Below, piece by piece: positions 41,822 to 51,498 of a DNA stretch of 64,000 bases (position 1 is the first letter of the stretch; each line of letters opens with the position of its first letter). Location: NCBI GenBank assembly GCA_965222375.1, contig CBDCTZ010000012.1, forward strand, positions 640,001-704,000. The letters run 5' to 3'. The notes below the pieces were generated by a model that saw only the letters and a program-made list of their open reading frames with translations, did not search any database and was not told the origin of the DNA. The DNA is from Polyangiaceae bacterium (GTDB lineage Bacteria > Myxococcota_A > Polyangia > Polyangiales > Polyangiaceae). A program made the translations under genes and the position numbers.

Positions 41822-42919
41822 CTATCCGAGTCGGGCCAGCGTTTCCCGTGAGAATTGCTCGTAGCGCCCTTCGACAATCGCGCGGCGCGCCCCCTGGATC
41901 AGGCGGGCGTAGAACGTGAGATTGTGCAGTGAAAGGAAGCGAAAGACGGATAGCTCGCGGGCCACGAAGAGGTGGCGTAGGTATGAGCGAGACAGCCCCG
42001 TGCGGCAGGCGGTGCAGGGGCAGTCTTCTTCCAAGGGCGCGAGATCGTGTCGAAACTTCGCGTTCTTGATCATCATCTTGCCTCGTCCGGTAAAGACTTG
42101 GCCATTCCGAGCGTTGCGGGTTGGCAACACGCAGTCGAATACGTCAATCCCGCAGCCGATAGCGCGAAGCAGATCTACGGGGGTACCCACTCCCATCAGG
42201 TAGTGGGGCCGCGCCGGGTCGAGGGCGGGCCCGACACTGCGCAGCGTGGCGTGCATGTCTTCGTTTCGCTCGCCGACGCTGAATCCGCCTAATGCAATGC
42301 CTTCGAAGTCCATGGCCTGGAGCTCCCGGGCGTGGCGCAATCGCAACTCGACGTTGGTTCCGCCCTGCACGATGCCAAATAGTGCTTGGTCGGATCGGCG
42401 AGTCGAGAGGCAGCGCTCGGCCCAGCGCGTCGTTCGTTCGACGGCGCTGAGCATGTCGGCCGCAGACGAGTCTCCGGGGGGACAGACGTCCAACTGCATG
42501 GCAATGTCGGCACCGAGCGCACCCTGCACCCGCATGCTCTCCTCCGGCGTGAGCATCATGGGTGTGCCGTCCAGGTGGGACGAGAACCGATAGCCCTCCT
42601 CCGAGAGCTTGGTTCGATGCGCTAGAGAGAAGGCTTGGAAGCCTCCGGAGTCCGTGGCGATGGCATGGGGCCATTTGGCAAAGCCGTGTAACCCGCCATG
42701 CTCCGACACGACCTCCGCCCCGGGGCGCAGCCACAGGTGGTAGGTGTTCATGATCAACATGCGAGCGCCGGTGGACGCGACGTCGTCGCTGTCGAGGGCC
42801 TTGACCGACGCAGCAGTGCCAACCGGCATGAATACTGGCGTCTCGAGCAGGCCGTGGCTCGTTTCGAGGGACCCAGCCCGTGCATGACCGTCGGTCTGCA
42901 GAACGTTGAACCGAGTCAC
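41822..42919 (-). CDS. tgt: tRNA-guanine transglycosylase
   Basis: TPVFMPVGT, NTYHL, TDSGGFQ, GIVQGG, FDCVLPTRNAR, CxCxxC zinc site; GTGA overlap with queA. Confidence 0.95.
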   Translation of the reverse strand: MTRFNVLQTDGHARAGSLETSHGLLETPVFMPVGTAASVKALDSDDVASTGARMLIMNTYHLWLRPGAEVVSEHGGLHGFAKWPHAIATDSGGFQAFSLAHRTKLSEEGYRFSSHLDGTPMMLTPEESMRVQGALGADIAMQLDVCPPGDSSAADMLSAVERTTRWAERCLSTRRSDQALFGIVQGGTNVELRLRHARELQAMDFEGIALGGFSVGERNEDMHATLRSVGPALDPARPHYLMGVGTPVDLLRAIGCGIDVFDCVLPTRNARNGQVFTGRGKMMIKNAKFRHDLAPLEEDCPCTACRTGLSRSYLRHLFVARELSVFRFLSLHNLTFYARLIQGARRAIVEGRYEQFSRETLARLG

Positions 42920-43965
42920 GTGAGCCGCTCCGCTATCCACATGGCGTCGCCGTAGGACAAGAACCGGTAACGATGTTGCACTGCAGCTCGATAGGCGTCC
43001 AGGGTGCGCTCCAGACCCGCGAAGGCACCAACCAACGAGAGTAAGGTGCTCCTGGGCATGTGAAAGTTGGTTAGCAGACCGTCCACCACCTGAAACCGAT
43101 AGCCAGGTTGGATCAGGAGCTTGGTCTCTCCCGTTTGTGCACGCACATGTCCCGGATTGTTCGGGTCCCGCGCAGTCTCCAAGGCGCGTACCACGGTCGT
43201 GCCTATTGCGACAACTGGGCTGCCCCGCCCCCTGGCGGCGTCGATCGCGGCGGCGACAGGTTTCGATACCGCATAGCGCTCGATATGCATGTCGTGTTGA
43301 TCCAGGTCGTCGCTGCTCACAGGGCGAAAGGTGCCCGGCCCTACATGCAGCGTGAGGGAAACGACCTGAATTCCTCTGGCTTCGAGTTGAGCCACAGTTC
43401 CCTCGGTGAAGTGCAGCCCAGCTGTTGGTGCCGCCACGGATCCGAAGTCTTTCGCGAATACGGTTTGGTACCGGTCCTGGTCGAGGCTCGTATCTTCGCG
43501 CTGAACATAGGGAGGGAGTGGCACATGACCCACCCGCTGCACGGCTTCTTGGACGCTCCCGGCGGCGGCTTGCAGCCGGACCTCGAGGCTGTGCTTGGTG
43601 ATGCGGCCTCGAACCTCCGCGCGCAATTCACCGAATTGCAGAGTCATGCCCTCGCGCAAGCGCCGGAGGGGCCGCGCCAGAGACTCCCAGCTTTCCTCGC
43701 TACCTGGGCCGCTCAGTCGGCGGAGCAGTAGCAGCTCGACGGAGCCGCCGGTGGGCCGCGTGCCGATCAATCGGGCACGCATGACCCGCGTGTCGTTCAC
43801 GACGACCAAAGCCGACGGGGGCAATAGATCGGGCCACTGAGACATGAGACAGTGACTGACGCTTCGCCGCTGCAGGCACAGCACCCGGCTGGCGTCGCGC
43901 TCGGCGAGCGGGTGCTGGGCGATCAGATCCGCAGGCAGATCGTAGTCCAGGAGCTCCGTGCGCAT
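42916..43965 (-). CDS. queA: S-adenosylmethionine:tRNA ribosyltransferase-isomerase
   Basis: PLPPY, YQTVFA, AAPTAGLHFT, LHVGPGTF, TNFH, SYGDAM. Confidence 0.95.
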   Translation of the reverse strand: MRTELLDYDLPADLIAQHPLAERDASRVLCLQRRSVSHCLMSQWPDLLPPSALVVVNDTRVMRARLIGTRPTGGSVELLLLRRLSGPGSEESWESLARPLRRLREGMTLQFGELRAEVRGRITKHSLEVRLQAAAGSVQEAVQRVGHVPLPPYVQREDTSLDQDRYQTVFAKDFGSVAAPTAGLHFTEGTVAQLEARGIQVVSLTLHVGPGTFRPVSSDDLDQHDMHIERYAVSKPVAAAIDAARGRGSPVVAIGTTVVRALETARDPNNPGHVRAQTGETKLLIQPGYRFQVVDGLLTNFHMPRSTLLSLVGAFAGLERTLDAYRAAVQHRYRFLSYGDAMWIAERLT

Positions 43966-43972
43966 GCCTCAC

Positions 43973-45010
43973 TCAGGCGAAGTTGCTCGACTTCCACTCG
44001 GCATCGTAGCTTATTCCGAGTTTGACGATGCGCTGAAGCAAGTCGGCATATCCCACGCCGTCCGCGTGTGCGCTCTCCGCGAAGTCTTCGCCGTACTTCA
44101 AGTCGGGATTCGGATTCGCCTCGAGCAGGTAGATCTTGTCGTCGCCGGTCAGCCGCAGGTCCATGCGCGCGTAGCCGGTCAGCGACAGTGCGCGGTAGCA
44201 GCGCTTCGCGACGTTGGCAATCTCCCGCGTGAGCTTGGGTGAGAGCCCTGGGGCTCGACGAGTTTTGATCCCATACTTCTTCTGGTACTCAAGGTCGAAC
44301 TTGACCCGTGCGGTTGCGATGCGAGGCGCGCCCTTGGGCATTTCTTGGAAGGGCATTTCCCACACCGGGAAGCTGACCACGCGCTGGTTTCCCATGACTC
44401 CGACATAGAGCTCGCGGCCCTCGATGTACTCTTCGACGATCACATCCACGCCAAAGCTCTGGTGCATGAATTGGATCCGCTCTTCTAGTTTGGCATCCGA
44501 CTGCACGATGGACGCTTTCGAGATCCCCAGGCTCGCCTCCTCGTTGACAGACTTGACGAGCAAGGGAAACCGCAGGTGCTCGGGCCGGCGCGTATCCCGC
44601 CCCTTGGGGAAGACGTGAAACGCAGGCACCCGGACTTGATGGGAGCTGAGAATGCGCTTGGACAGGGCCTTGTCCCTGGCAAGCATCAGGCCCCGAGGGT
44701 TGCATCCCGTGTAGTGGTGCTTCAGAAGCTCCAAGTAGCTCACGATGTGCTGGTCGTACACGGCGACGCCGTGGAAGTGCACGAGCAGGTTGAACGCGAG
44801 GTGGGCCTTGGTTTCTTCGAAGGCGTGCTTGATGACTTCCGGGTCGCTACCGACGCCGACGGAGTACACCTCGTGCCCCAACTTCTGTAGTCCTGCGATC
44901 ACGTCATACTCGGTGGCCCAAGACTCGATTTCCTTGTCCGAGTAGCCGTCCAGACTGTCCGGGGGCACGAGATCTTCGTGCATGAGAACGATGACTCGTA
45001 GCTTCTTCAT
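43973..45010 (-). CDS. ATP-grasp ligase, D-Ala-D-Ala-ligase-like
   Basis: YTGC..DKALSK, LVKS..EASLGI, EEYIEGRE, GYARMDLR, LEANPNP; lacks the canonical Ddl N-terminal GGxSxE. Confidence 0.85.
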   Translation of the reverse strand: MKKLRVIVLMHEDLVPPDSLDGYSDKEIESWATEYDVIAGLQKLGHEVYSVGVGSDPEVIKHAFEETKAHLAFNLLVHFHGVAVYDQHIVSYLELLKHHYTGCNPRGLMLARDKALSKRILSSHQVRVPAFHVFPKGRDTRRPEHLRFPLLVKSVNEEASLGISKASIVQSDAKLEERIQFMHQSFGVDVIVEEYIEGRELYVGVMGNQRVVSFPVWEMPFQEMPKGAPRIATARVKFDLEYQKKYGIKTRRAPGLSPKLTREIANVAKRCYRALSLTGYARMDLRLTGDDKIYLLEANPNPDLKYGEDFAESAHADGVGYADLLQRIVKLGISYDAEWKSSNFA

Positions 45011-46062
45011 CTGGCTAGCCGGTGATGCCCTGCGTGCAAGTAGTTCATGGTTTGAACGGTCAGCATGATGAGCGCATCTTGCTTCGTTTCGTTTTCGTCG
45101 CGACAGTAGCGCACATTCAGTGCTTCGCAGCGACGGATCATTTGACGTAGTAGCTGGTCGATTGTGTACTGATATTCTCCGGTCCAGCGCGCGATGTGCC
45201 TGCGGAGCTCCGGGCGAAGCTTGCGCAATACGCTGGCCGCAGGTTTGCCCCGTTCGCCCTCGGGCAGGGGAGGGAATAGGCGGCGCAAGTCGCGGTCGTA
45301 GAAGCTTGGGTGATGCAATCGGTAGCGCGCCTTCTTCTTCGCGTAGTGCTCTCGTAGCGTGGTCTCGAGGCTCGCCAGAGACTCCACATGCTCACGGCAG
45401 CGAACCGGCTGGGTTTTGCCAGCAATCTGCGCCATCAACTCGTCCACGTACTCCAGCTTCTTCAGGGCTGGCCAGCCCTGGTAGCGGCTACGCCAGTTCG
45501 AATCCGGGTCGAGCCACACGGCGAAGGTCTCGGCCCAATCCTCCGCAGGATGGCTTTGCGCGTACCAGAGCCCAAGGTGAAGCACATAGCGTTTGCTATA
45601 CGGCTTCGGCTGATAGAACTTGGGATAGGGCTCCGCGAAGGAGCCAAAGGTTTCACGCCAGCGCTTCTTGCGGTGCAGACGAAAAGCGCTATCGAGGGCA
45701 TGCGCCGCCTCGTGCCGCAGGAGTTGCATGCGCCAGCCCGGCGTGCCGCCCTCCACCTCCAGGACCTGCTGCTCCTCCAGAGCCGCGAGTTTCGGATGCG
45801 CCAAGTAGAAGGGAATTGCGATGCCTGGCACGCCGTCCGGGGAAAACCACTCGGTGGAAAGCCAGCAGTGCGGCTTGAAGCGAAGGTTGCGCTGCCTCAA
45901 CTCGCGATGCAGCTGACCTACCGCTTCGACGAGCGGCGATGATTGGAACCTCAAACGCAAGTCGCAGAAGCGCACGTCCAGCAATTCCTCGTTACTCATG
46001 GCCACCCAGTCGGGTTGTCGGCGTGCGGGGGTTTTGGTGGCAGCGACGCTCCTTCGGGCCAT
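45007..46062 (-). CDS. Putative zinc-binding metallopeptidase (zincin)
   Basis: LRHEAAH HExxH; YAQSHPAEDWAETFA. Confidence 0.82.
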   Translation of the reverse strand: MARRSVAATKTPARRQPDWVAMSNEELLDVRFCDLRLRFQSSPLVEAVGQLHRELRQRNLRFKPHCWLSTEWFSPDGVPGIAIPFYLAHPKLAALEEQQVLEVEGGTPGWRMQLLRHEAAHALDSAFRLHRKKRWRETFGSFAEPYPKFYQPKPYSKRYVLHLGLWYAQSHPAEDWAETFAVWLDPDSNWRSRYQGWPALKKLEYVDELMAQIAGKTQPVRCREHVESLASLETTLREHYAKKKARYRLHHPSFYDRDLRRLFPPLPEGERGKPAASVLRKLRPELRRHIARWTGEYQYTIDQLLRQMIRRCEALNVRYCRDENETKQDALIMLTVQTMNYLHAGHHRLAR

Positions 46063-46065
46063 CAG

Positions 46066-47487
46066 CTAGCGGTCTTCATACGTGATACCCAACCGGGTCA
46101 TCTTGCGCCACAGCGTCGTGGGGCTGATGTCGAGGGCTTCGGCAGCCCGCTCTCGACTCCCGTCATTGGCCCGCAAGGCTTCCAACACGGCGACTCGCTC
46201 GGCGTCATCCACGATATCCGCGAGGGTGCGCTCCGCGCCTCGGGTGGGCTTGCGGGGGGCCTGGGGCAGGATGTCGTCCAGGGTGATCGGACTGCCGCCG
46301 GCCAGAGCGACGGCCTGCTCCACCATGTTCTCGAGCTCGCGCACGTTGCCCGCGTAGTCGTAGGCAATCAGCCGGTCGATCACGCCTTCGCCGAGCTCCG
46401 CTCTCACTTTCATCTTGCGGGCGTACTTCTCAAGGAAGAAGTCGACCAGCAAGGGGATGTCTTCCCGGCGTTCGCGCAGAGGTGGCAGGTGAAAACGCGC
46501 CACGTTCAGGCGGTAGTACAGGTCTTGCCGGAATCGGCGCTCTTCCACGGCCTGGGCGAGGTCGACATTGGTTGCGGCGACTACGCGGATATCGACGTTG
46601 ATGGATTTGTTCTCTCCAACCCGGCGTACCTCACCTTCCTGAATGGCGCGAAGCAGCTTGGCCTGAAATGAGGGCGTGGTTTCTGCGATTTCGTCGAAGA
46701 AGAACGTGCCACCGTCCGCTTCTTCGAACAGGCCCTTGCGAGCTGACACAGCCCCGGTAAACGCGCCGCGGCTGTGTCCGAAGAGCTCGCTCTCCAGGAG
46801 CGTCTCGGTAATGGCCGCACAGTTGACGGTTACAAAAGGGCGATCGGCGCGTTTGCTATTGGCATGTACGGCGCGGGCGATCAGTTCCTTGCCTGTGCCG
46901 CTCTCACCGGTGATGAGCACAATGGCGTCTGTGGAAGCGATCTTGCTTACGCGGGTGAGCACGTCCTGAACCGCTTGGGAGCGGCCGATGATGTTTTCGA
47001 AGTGGTATCGCTCTTTGAACTCCTGAGCGAATAGGCGCATCTGGCCATGAAGGCGCCGCGTTTCAATGGCTTTCGTGACCTTGACAATGAGCTCCTGCTC
47101 GGTGAAGGGTTTTTGGATGTAGTCGAACGCACCGAAGCGCATGGCTTCGACCGCGCTTTCGATGGTGCCGTAGGCAGTCATCACGATGACTTCTGTCATT
47201 GGTTGGGATTCTTTGATCGCGCGCAGCACGTCGATGCCGTCATGGTCGCCCATTCGCAGGTCGGTGATCACGACGTCGTAGGCGCCAGTGGTGCCGCGCT
47301 CTTGGCCCTCGGTCCCGTCGCCGGCTTCGTTGACGTCGAATCCTCCACCCCGAAGCATCATCGCCAAGGTGGTGCGCATATTGCGCTGGTCGTCGACGAC
47401 GAGGATCTTGCCAGCCATACTCGAGGAAGGGGATTGCCCTGTCGCCGAACCCGGCTCTTGTACTTTGGTGCCCGGAGTCGTTGCCAT
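46066..47487 (-). CDS. NtrC-family sigma54-dependent response regulator
   Basis: REC (VVDD..D), GESGTGKE, GAFTGA, FRQDLYYRL, C-terminal Fis-type HTH. Confidence 0.93.
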   Translation of the reverse strand: MATTPGTKVQEPGSATGQSPSSSMAGKILVVDDQRNMRTTLAMMLRGGGFDVNEAGDGTEGQERGTTGAYDVVITDLRMGDHDGIDVLRAIKESQPMTEVIVMTAYGTIESAVEAMRFGAFDYIQKPFTEQELIVKVTKAIETRRLHGQMRLFAQEFKERYHFENIIGRSQAVQDVLTRVSKIASTDAIVLITGESGTGKELIARAVHANSKRADRPFVTVNCAAITETLLESELFGHSRGAFTGAVSARKGLFEEADGGTFFFDEIAETTPSFQAKLLRAIQEGEVRRVGENKSINVDIRVVAATNVDLAQAVEERRFRQDLYYRLNVARFHLPPLRERREDIPLLVDFFLEKYARKMKVRAELGEGVIDRLIAYDYAGNVRELENMVEQAVALAGGSPITLDDILPQAPRKPTRGAERTLADIVDDAERVAVLEALRANDGSRERAAEALDISPTTLWRKMTRLGITYEDR

Positions 47488-47628
47488 TGTGGTCAGCTAG
47501 CGCGCGAAACGTGCCCGCCGCGTGTCCACGTTAGTTCCTTCCCGGCGCGGCAGCCAGACTGGAGCCCAAACAAGGAACGAATTTCGGGCCCCTGGCCCCG
47601 TAAGCGTGGCATAGAATGGGATCCGTCC

Positions 47629-49125
47629 ATGAGCCAGAGCAGAAAGCAGATCGGCAGAATCCTGCTGGCTCAGCGCGCAGTCACGCCCGAGCAGCTCGAG
47701 CAGGCCCTCAACAAGGGCGGCGGCCGGCTGGCCTCCAGGCTGGCAGAGCAGGGCACGATCACGGACACCTCCGCTCTGAAAGCCCTCAGCGAGCAGCACG
47801 GCATTCCTGGAATCGACCTCGCACAAATCTGCTTGCGATTGGAGGACTTGGATCTGCTCCCCCGCGAGATCGCTGAGAAGCATCTCATCCTCCCGGTCTT
47901 GGTACGGGACGACCGCGTGTTCGTGGCGATGGCCAACCCTCGAGAGAAGAAGGTGCTCGACGAGCTGGAATTCGTGACCGGCAAGAAAGTCTATCCCTAT
48001 GTCTCTCTGGAGGGGGTGATGGCGAAGGTCATTTCCGAGTCCTACACGAAGAAGATGGAGGGCGAAGCCTACTACGTCGGGCCGGAGTGTCCCGACGAGG
48101 TGCTCGAACGCATCGGTATCAACCGAGAGGGCCGGTTGTTGGTACCTCAGGATCCTGCCGTGCCGTCGGTGCCACCGGGTCCACCAGAGCATGACCCTGC
48201 TGCGCCGCTCTCGGCGCCAGGCGTCGTCGTGGACGATGCCGTGGGTCGGATTTCCCGGAGCGACGAAATCGAGGACGATGAATTTGGCGACATGTCCCGG
48301 GATCTGTCCGTCGTTGCCGAGTTGCCCGAGCATATGCTCGAGGAAGGAGCCGCTCCTGGGGCAAAAACCGTGTTGATCGTCGATGACGAGTCCGACATAC
48401 GAAAGATGCTCAAGCGCCTGCTTTCGACTCGGGGCTTCAATGTGTTGGAGGCAGATCGGGGACTATTGGCGCTGCGCTTGGTCAAAGAGCATCGCCCAGA
48501 CCTGATTATCTTGGATGCTATGCTGCCGGAGGTGCATGGCTTCGAAATCGCCCGGCGGATTAAAGGTAGCGCCCGCTACGGCCGTATCCCAATCATCATG
48601 GTCAGCGCCGTGTATCGTGGTTGGCGCTACGCCGAAGACCTCAAGCAGAGCTGCGGCGTCGACCACTTCATCGAGAAGCCCTTTCGAATCGCTGACGTGA
48701 TGACAGCGGTGGAATCCTGCGTGGCCGCGGAGAGCGAACCTGGGAGCAGCGCACCCGGCGATGCGTCCGCGGAGGTGGAGCGGGTCTTGGAGGCCGGCGT
48801 GCGTGCGTACAAAGCTGGCAAGATCGACGAGGCCGTGGAGTATCTGCAGCGGGGGATGAAGATCGATCCGCTGGCCTATCGGCTACATTTCCACCTTGGA
48901 TTGCTCTACGGCAAGCAGGGAAAGGTGTACGAAGCCATCAGCGAATTGGAGACCGCGGTCGAGATCAATGCTCGGCACTTCGCAGCCGTAAAGAACCTGG
49001 CGATCTTGTATCAAAAGGCGGGATTTCGTAACAAAGCGACCGAGATGTGGGAGCGAGCCCTGGGAATAGCTCCTGACGATTCGACCCGCGCATCCATCAA
49101 GCAACACCTGCTGAATCTGCTCTGA
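47629..49125 (+). CDS. MshEN/T2SSE_N + receiver + TPR protein
   Basis: QIGRILLAQ..RLASRL N-terminus, VAMANP; REC IVDD..ILD..KPF; C-terminal TPRs. Confidence 0.82.
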   Translation: MSQSRKQIGRILLAQRAVTPEQLEQALNKGGGRLASRLAEQGTITDTSALKALSEQHGIPGIDLAQICLRLEDLDLLPREIAEKHLILPVLVRDDRVFVAMANPREKKVLDELEFVTGKKVYPYVSLEGVMAKVISESYTKKMEGEAYYVGPECPDEVLERIGINREGRLLVPQDPAVPSVPPGPPEHDPAAPLSAPGVVVDDAVGRISRSDEIEDDEFGDMSRDLSVVAELPEHMLEEGAAPGAKTVLIVDDESDIRKMLKRLLSTRGFNVLEADRGLLALRLVKEHRPDLIILDAMLPEVHGFEIARRIKGSARYGRIPIIMVSAVYRGWRYAEDLKQSCGVDHFIEKPFRIADVMTAVESCVAAESEPGSSAPGDASAEVERVLEAGVRAYKAGKIDEAVEYLQRGMKIDPLAYRLHFHLGLLYGKQGKVYEAISELETAVEINARHFAAVKNLAILYQKAGFRNKATEMWERALGIAPDDSTRASIKQHLLNLL

Positions 49126-49291
49126 GGTCGGCCCAGTTGGCCGCCGCCCCCCGAGGATTGGACCCAACCCCTTGGTTTTTAGCAAAAACCGCCCTTGCGG
49201 GGCCGAATTCGAGCTGCCGCAACTTACGCTTTCGCGCTGGAGGGCCCGGCGCGCTATCCTGTTCCGGGACCTCGGTCCGCCCCCCTGCTGA

Positions 49292-51046
49292 ATGAAGTTC
49301 CTCTGCCCAAGTTGCAAGGCGAAGTACCAGATCGCCGACGAAAAGGTCGCCGGGAGATCGGTGCGGATGAAGTGCCGCAAGTGCGGGCACATGATCAGCA
49401 TTTCCAAAGCGGTCACTGAGGGCAGTGTTTCTCGCAAGTTGGATGGCCTTTCGTCTCGGCCGCCACCGCCGAGCTCTTCGCGTGGCACATGGCGAGAGCC
49501 TGGCGCAAGTCCGAAGCCGCCTGGCGCTCCGCCGCCGCGGCGGCCCCCGCCGCGGCGAGCCCCAGGCGGGACGGCGCCCCTTCCCTCCGCCGCCGCGCCT
49601 CGTCCCACACCATCGCCGATTGGCGGCGCAGTTGCGCCTCCACCGCGGGCCGCCCAAATGAGCCCGCCGACAGCAGTCTCACCGCCACCCGAGCCGCTGC
49701 GTAAGAGCAACGGGAATGGTGCCGGGGCCGCAGCAGCGCTCGCCTATTCCGAGCCATCGGATGCGCCGATGTACGAGGACGACGAGCGAACTGTCGTGGC
49801 GCCAGTAGGCGGCTTGGCCGGGGTATTCTCGCAATCCCTCGGCGCGACCGAGTCCGCACCGCTGTCGACGCTTTCTACGCCCGCGGACGAGTGGTACGTG
49901 GGCATCAACGGAGTGCCCGTCGGTCCGATCCGATTGAGTGAACTTCGCAGCAAAGCATCAACGGGTGCGATCACTCTCGATTCCCTCGTTTGGCGTGACG
50001 GATTCGAAGAGTGGATGCCTCTGCGCACCTTTCCCGAGCTGGTTGCGATCGTGGAGGAAGGCGTGTCGAGCGCGCGCGCTTCGCTCACGCCCCTGAGCCC
50101 GCCCTGGACGTCGCCCTCTCAACCACCCCCCGCCGCTCAGCCCATCGCGGCTTCCCAGCCCGAGGTCTACGACCCCTTCAAGGTTCCGGGCGCGCCAGCG
50201 GCGGCGCCGGCCGGGGATCTGAGCGATCCCTTCGCGCCAAGCGCCGGCGCCGTGGGTGCTGGAGCCGTGGCAGGGTTCGGAACTCCGGATGCCGCCCCTC
50301 TCGGCGCATTGGGGGCACCTGGCGCGGGCGTTATCGCGCCGCCAGTGGACATCGACGAAAGCGTCATTCCGAAGCGGCGAACCACCCCTATCTTGGCTTG
50401 GATTGCCGTGGTGGTCGCCTTGGTCTTCGGATTGGGCGTGGGCTTCGTGGTGTTTGACAAGGGACCGGGCGAAACGGTGATCAAGTACGTTGAAGTCACG
50501 AAGACTGGGGCAGCGCCAGTTGCGGGGAGCGCCCCGACGGCGGCGGCGGAAAACCCCACGGAAGGCGAGGATGCGGGCACGACCAAGCGGACCGTCAAGG
50601 GTGGGGGAGGCCCGATCGCGAAGGCCGGTGGCGGTCCAGCCACCGAGAAGCCCACGGGCAAGGGGTTCAACCTCAAGGGGCTGGGGGGCGTGCAAGGGCC
50701 CGGTCCAAGCGGTGGTCCTGGCTCCGGCGCCGGCGCGGGTTCCTCAGAGGGTTTGGACTCTACTGCGATTCAGCGGACGGTTAGTCGTTATACCGGCAGC
50801 GTGAAGCGCAGCTGTTGGCAGCCCGCTCTCGACACTCGCGCCAAGAACGCTCCGAGTTCAGCGCGGGTCAGCGTCACGATCACGGTGGCGCCTAGCGGTC
50901 AGGTGACTGGCGTGCGAACTAGCGGCGACCCGAAGGGCTATCGTGGCTTGGCGGGGTGTATCCAGAGTCGGGTTCGCCGCTGGCGTTTCCCTGCCTCCGG
51001 GGGAACCACTACCGTGAACGTGCCCTTCGTGTTCGCGGCACAATAG
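49292..51046 (+). CDS. Zinc-ribbon + GYF_2 + TM + TonB-C-like protein, GltJ/AgmX-like
   Basis: CPSCKAKY..KCRKCGH; WYVGINGVPVGP..LVWRDGFEEWMP; TM; CWQ..CIQSRVRRWRFP..VPFVF. Confidence 0.82.
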   Translation: MKFLCPSCKAKYQIADEKVAGRSVRMKCRKCGHMISISKAVTEGSVSRKLDGLSSRPPPPSSSRGTWREPGASPKPPGAPPPRRPPPRRAPGGTAPLPSAAAPRPTPSPIGGAVAPPPRAAQMSPPTAVSPPPEPLRKSNGNGAGAAAALAYSEPSDAPMYEDDERTVVAPVGGLAGVFSQSLGATESAPLSTLSTPADEWYVGINGVPVGPIRLSELRSKASTGAITLDSLVWRDGFEEWMPLRTFPELVAIVEEGVSSARASLTPLSPPWTSPSQPPPAAQPIAASQPEVYDPFKVPGAPAAAPAGDLSDPFAPSAGAVGAGAVAGFGTPDAAPLGALGAPGAGVIAPPVDIDESVIPKRRTTPILAWIAVVVALVFGLGVGFVVFDKGPGETVIKYVEVTKTGAAPVAGSAPTAAAENPTEGEDAGTTKRTVKGGGGPIAKAGGGPATEKPTGKGFNLKGLGGVQGPGPSGGPGSGAGAGSSEGLDSTAIQRTVSRYTGSVKRSCWQPALDTRAKNAPSSARVSVTITVAPSGQVTGVRTSGDPKGYRGLAGCIQSRVRRWRFPASGGTTTVNVPFVFAAQ

Positions 51047-51081
51047 AAAAGCACGCCACGCACCCGGGGGTGCGCGGCGTG
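51047..51081 (-). terminator. Intrinsic terminator downstream of rnpB, possibly bidirectional
   Basis: Minus strand cacgccgcgcaccc-cc-gggtgcgtggcgtg hairpin followed by CTTTT. Confidence 0.7.
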
Positions 51082-51448
51082 GTCGAAGTCCCGGGTAAGC
51101 CGGGTTCTGTAGCGCCAAGTCGTCGCCAACTTGGCGCTGACGATCATTCCTCTGGGTTGGCAGTTACCCGCCAGCTCTAGCAACCTACCCGGGGACTCGG
51201 ACGGGCAGCCCTCGAACGCCCCTCTATGTGGTCTTGCTCCAGACGGGGTTTGCCGTGCCGCTTTCGTTACCGAAAACGCGGTGAGCTCTTACCTCACCCT
51301 TTCACCATCACCCCGGCGATGCCGGGGCAGTCTGCTTTCTGTGGCACTTTCCTCGATGTCACCATCACCGGGGATTACCCGGCGTCTTGCCCTGCGGAGC
51401 CCGGACTTTCCTCTGCCTGACGACAGCGATCGCCTCCAAAGCTTCGAC
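51082..51448 (-). ncRNA. rnpB: RNase P RNA (class A)
   Basis: Minus strand GAGGAAAGTCCGGGC..GAAAGTGCCACAGAAA..ACAGAACCCGGCTTAC; terminal P1 pairing gtcgaag/cttcgac. Confidence 0.96.
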
Positions 51449-51498
51449 GGCAACAAGATAAGGCCGATTCCAGCGCGGTGCAAACCCGAGCGCCGGGC

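Noticed and set aside
47047..47628. Long N-terminal extensions in the ORF track (also 30007-30540, 60071-60673, 26409-26699)
   Set aside because: They overlap neighbouring genes; downstream starts match the domain boundaries.
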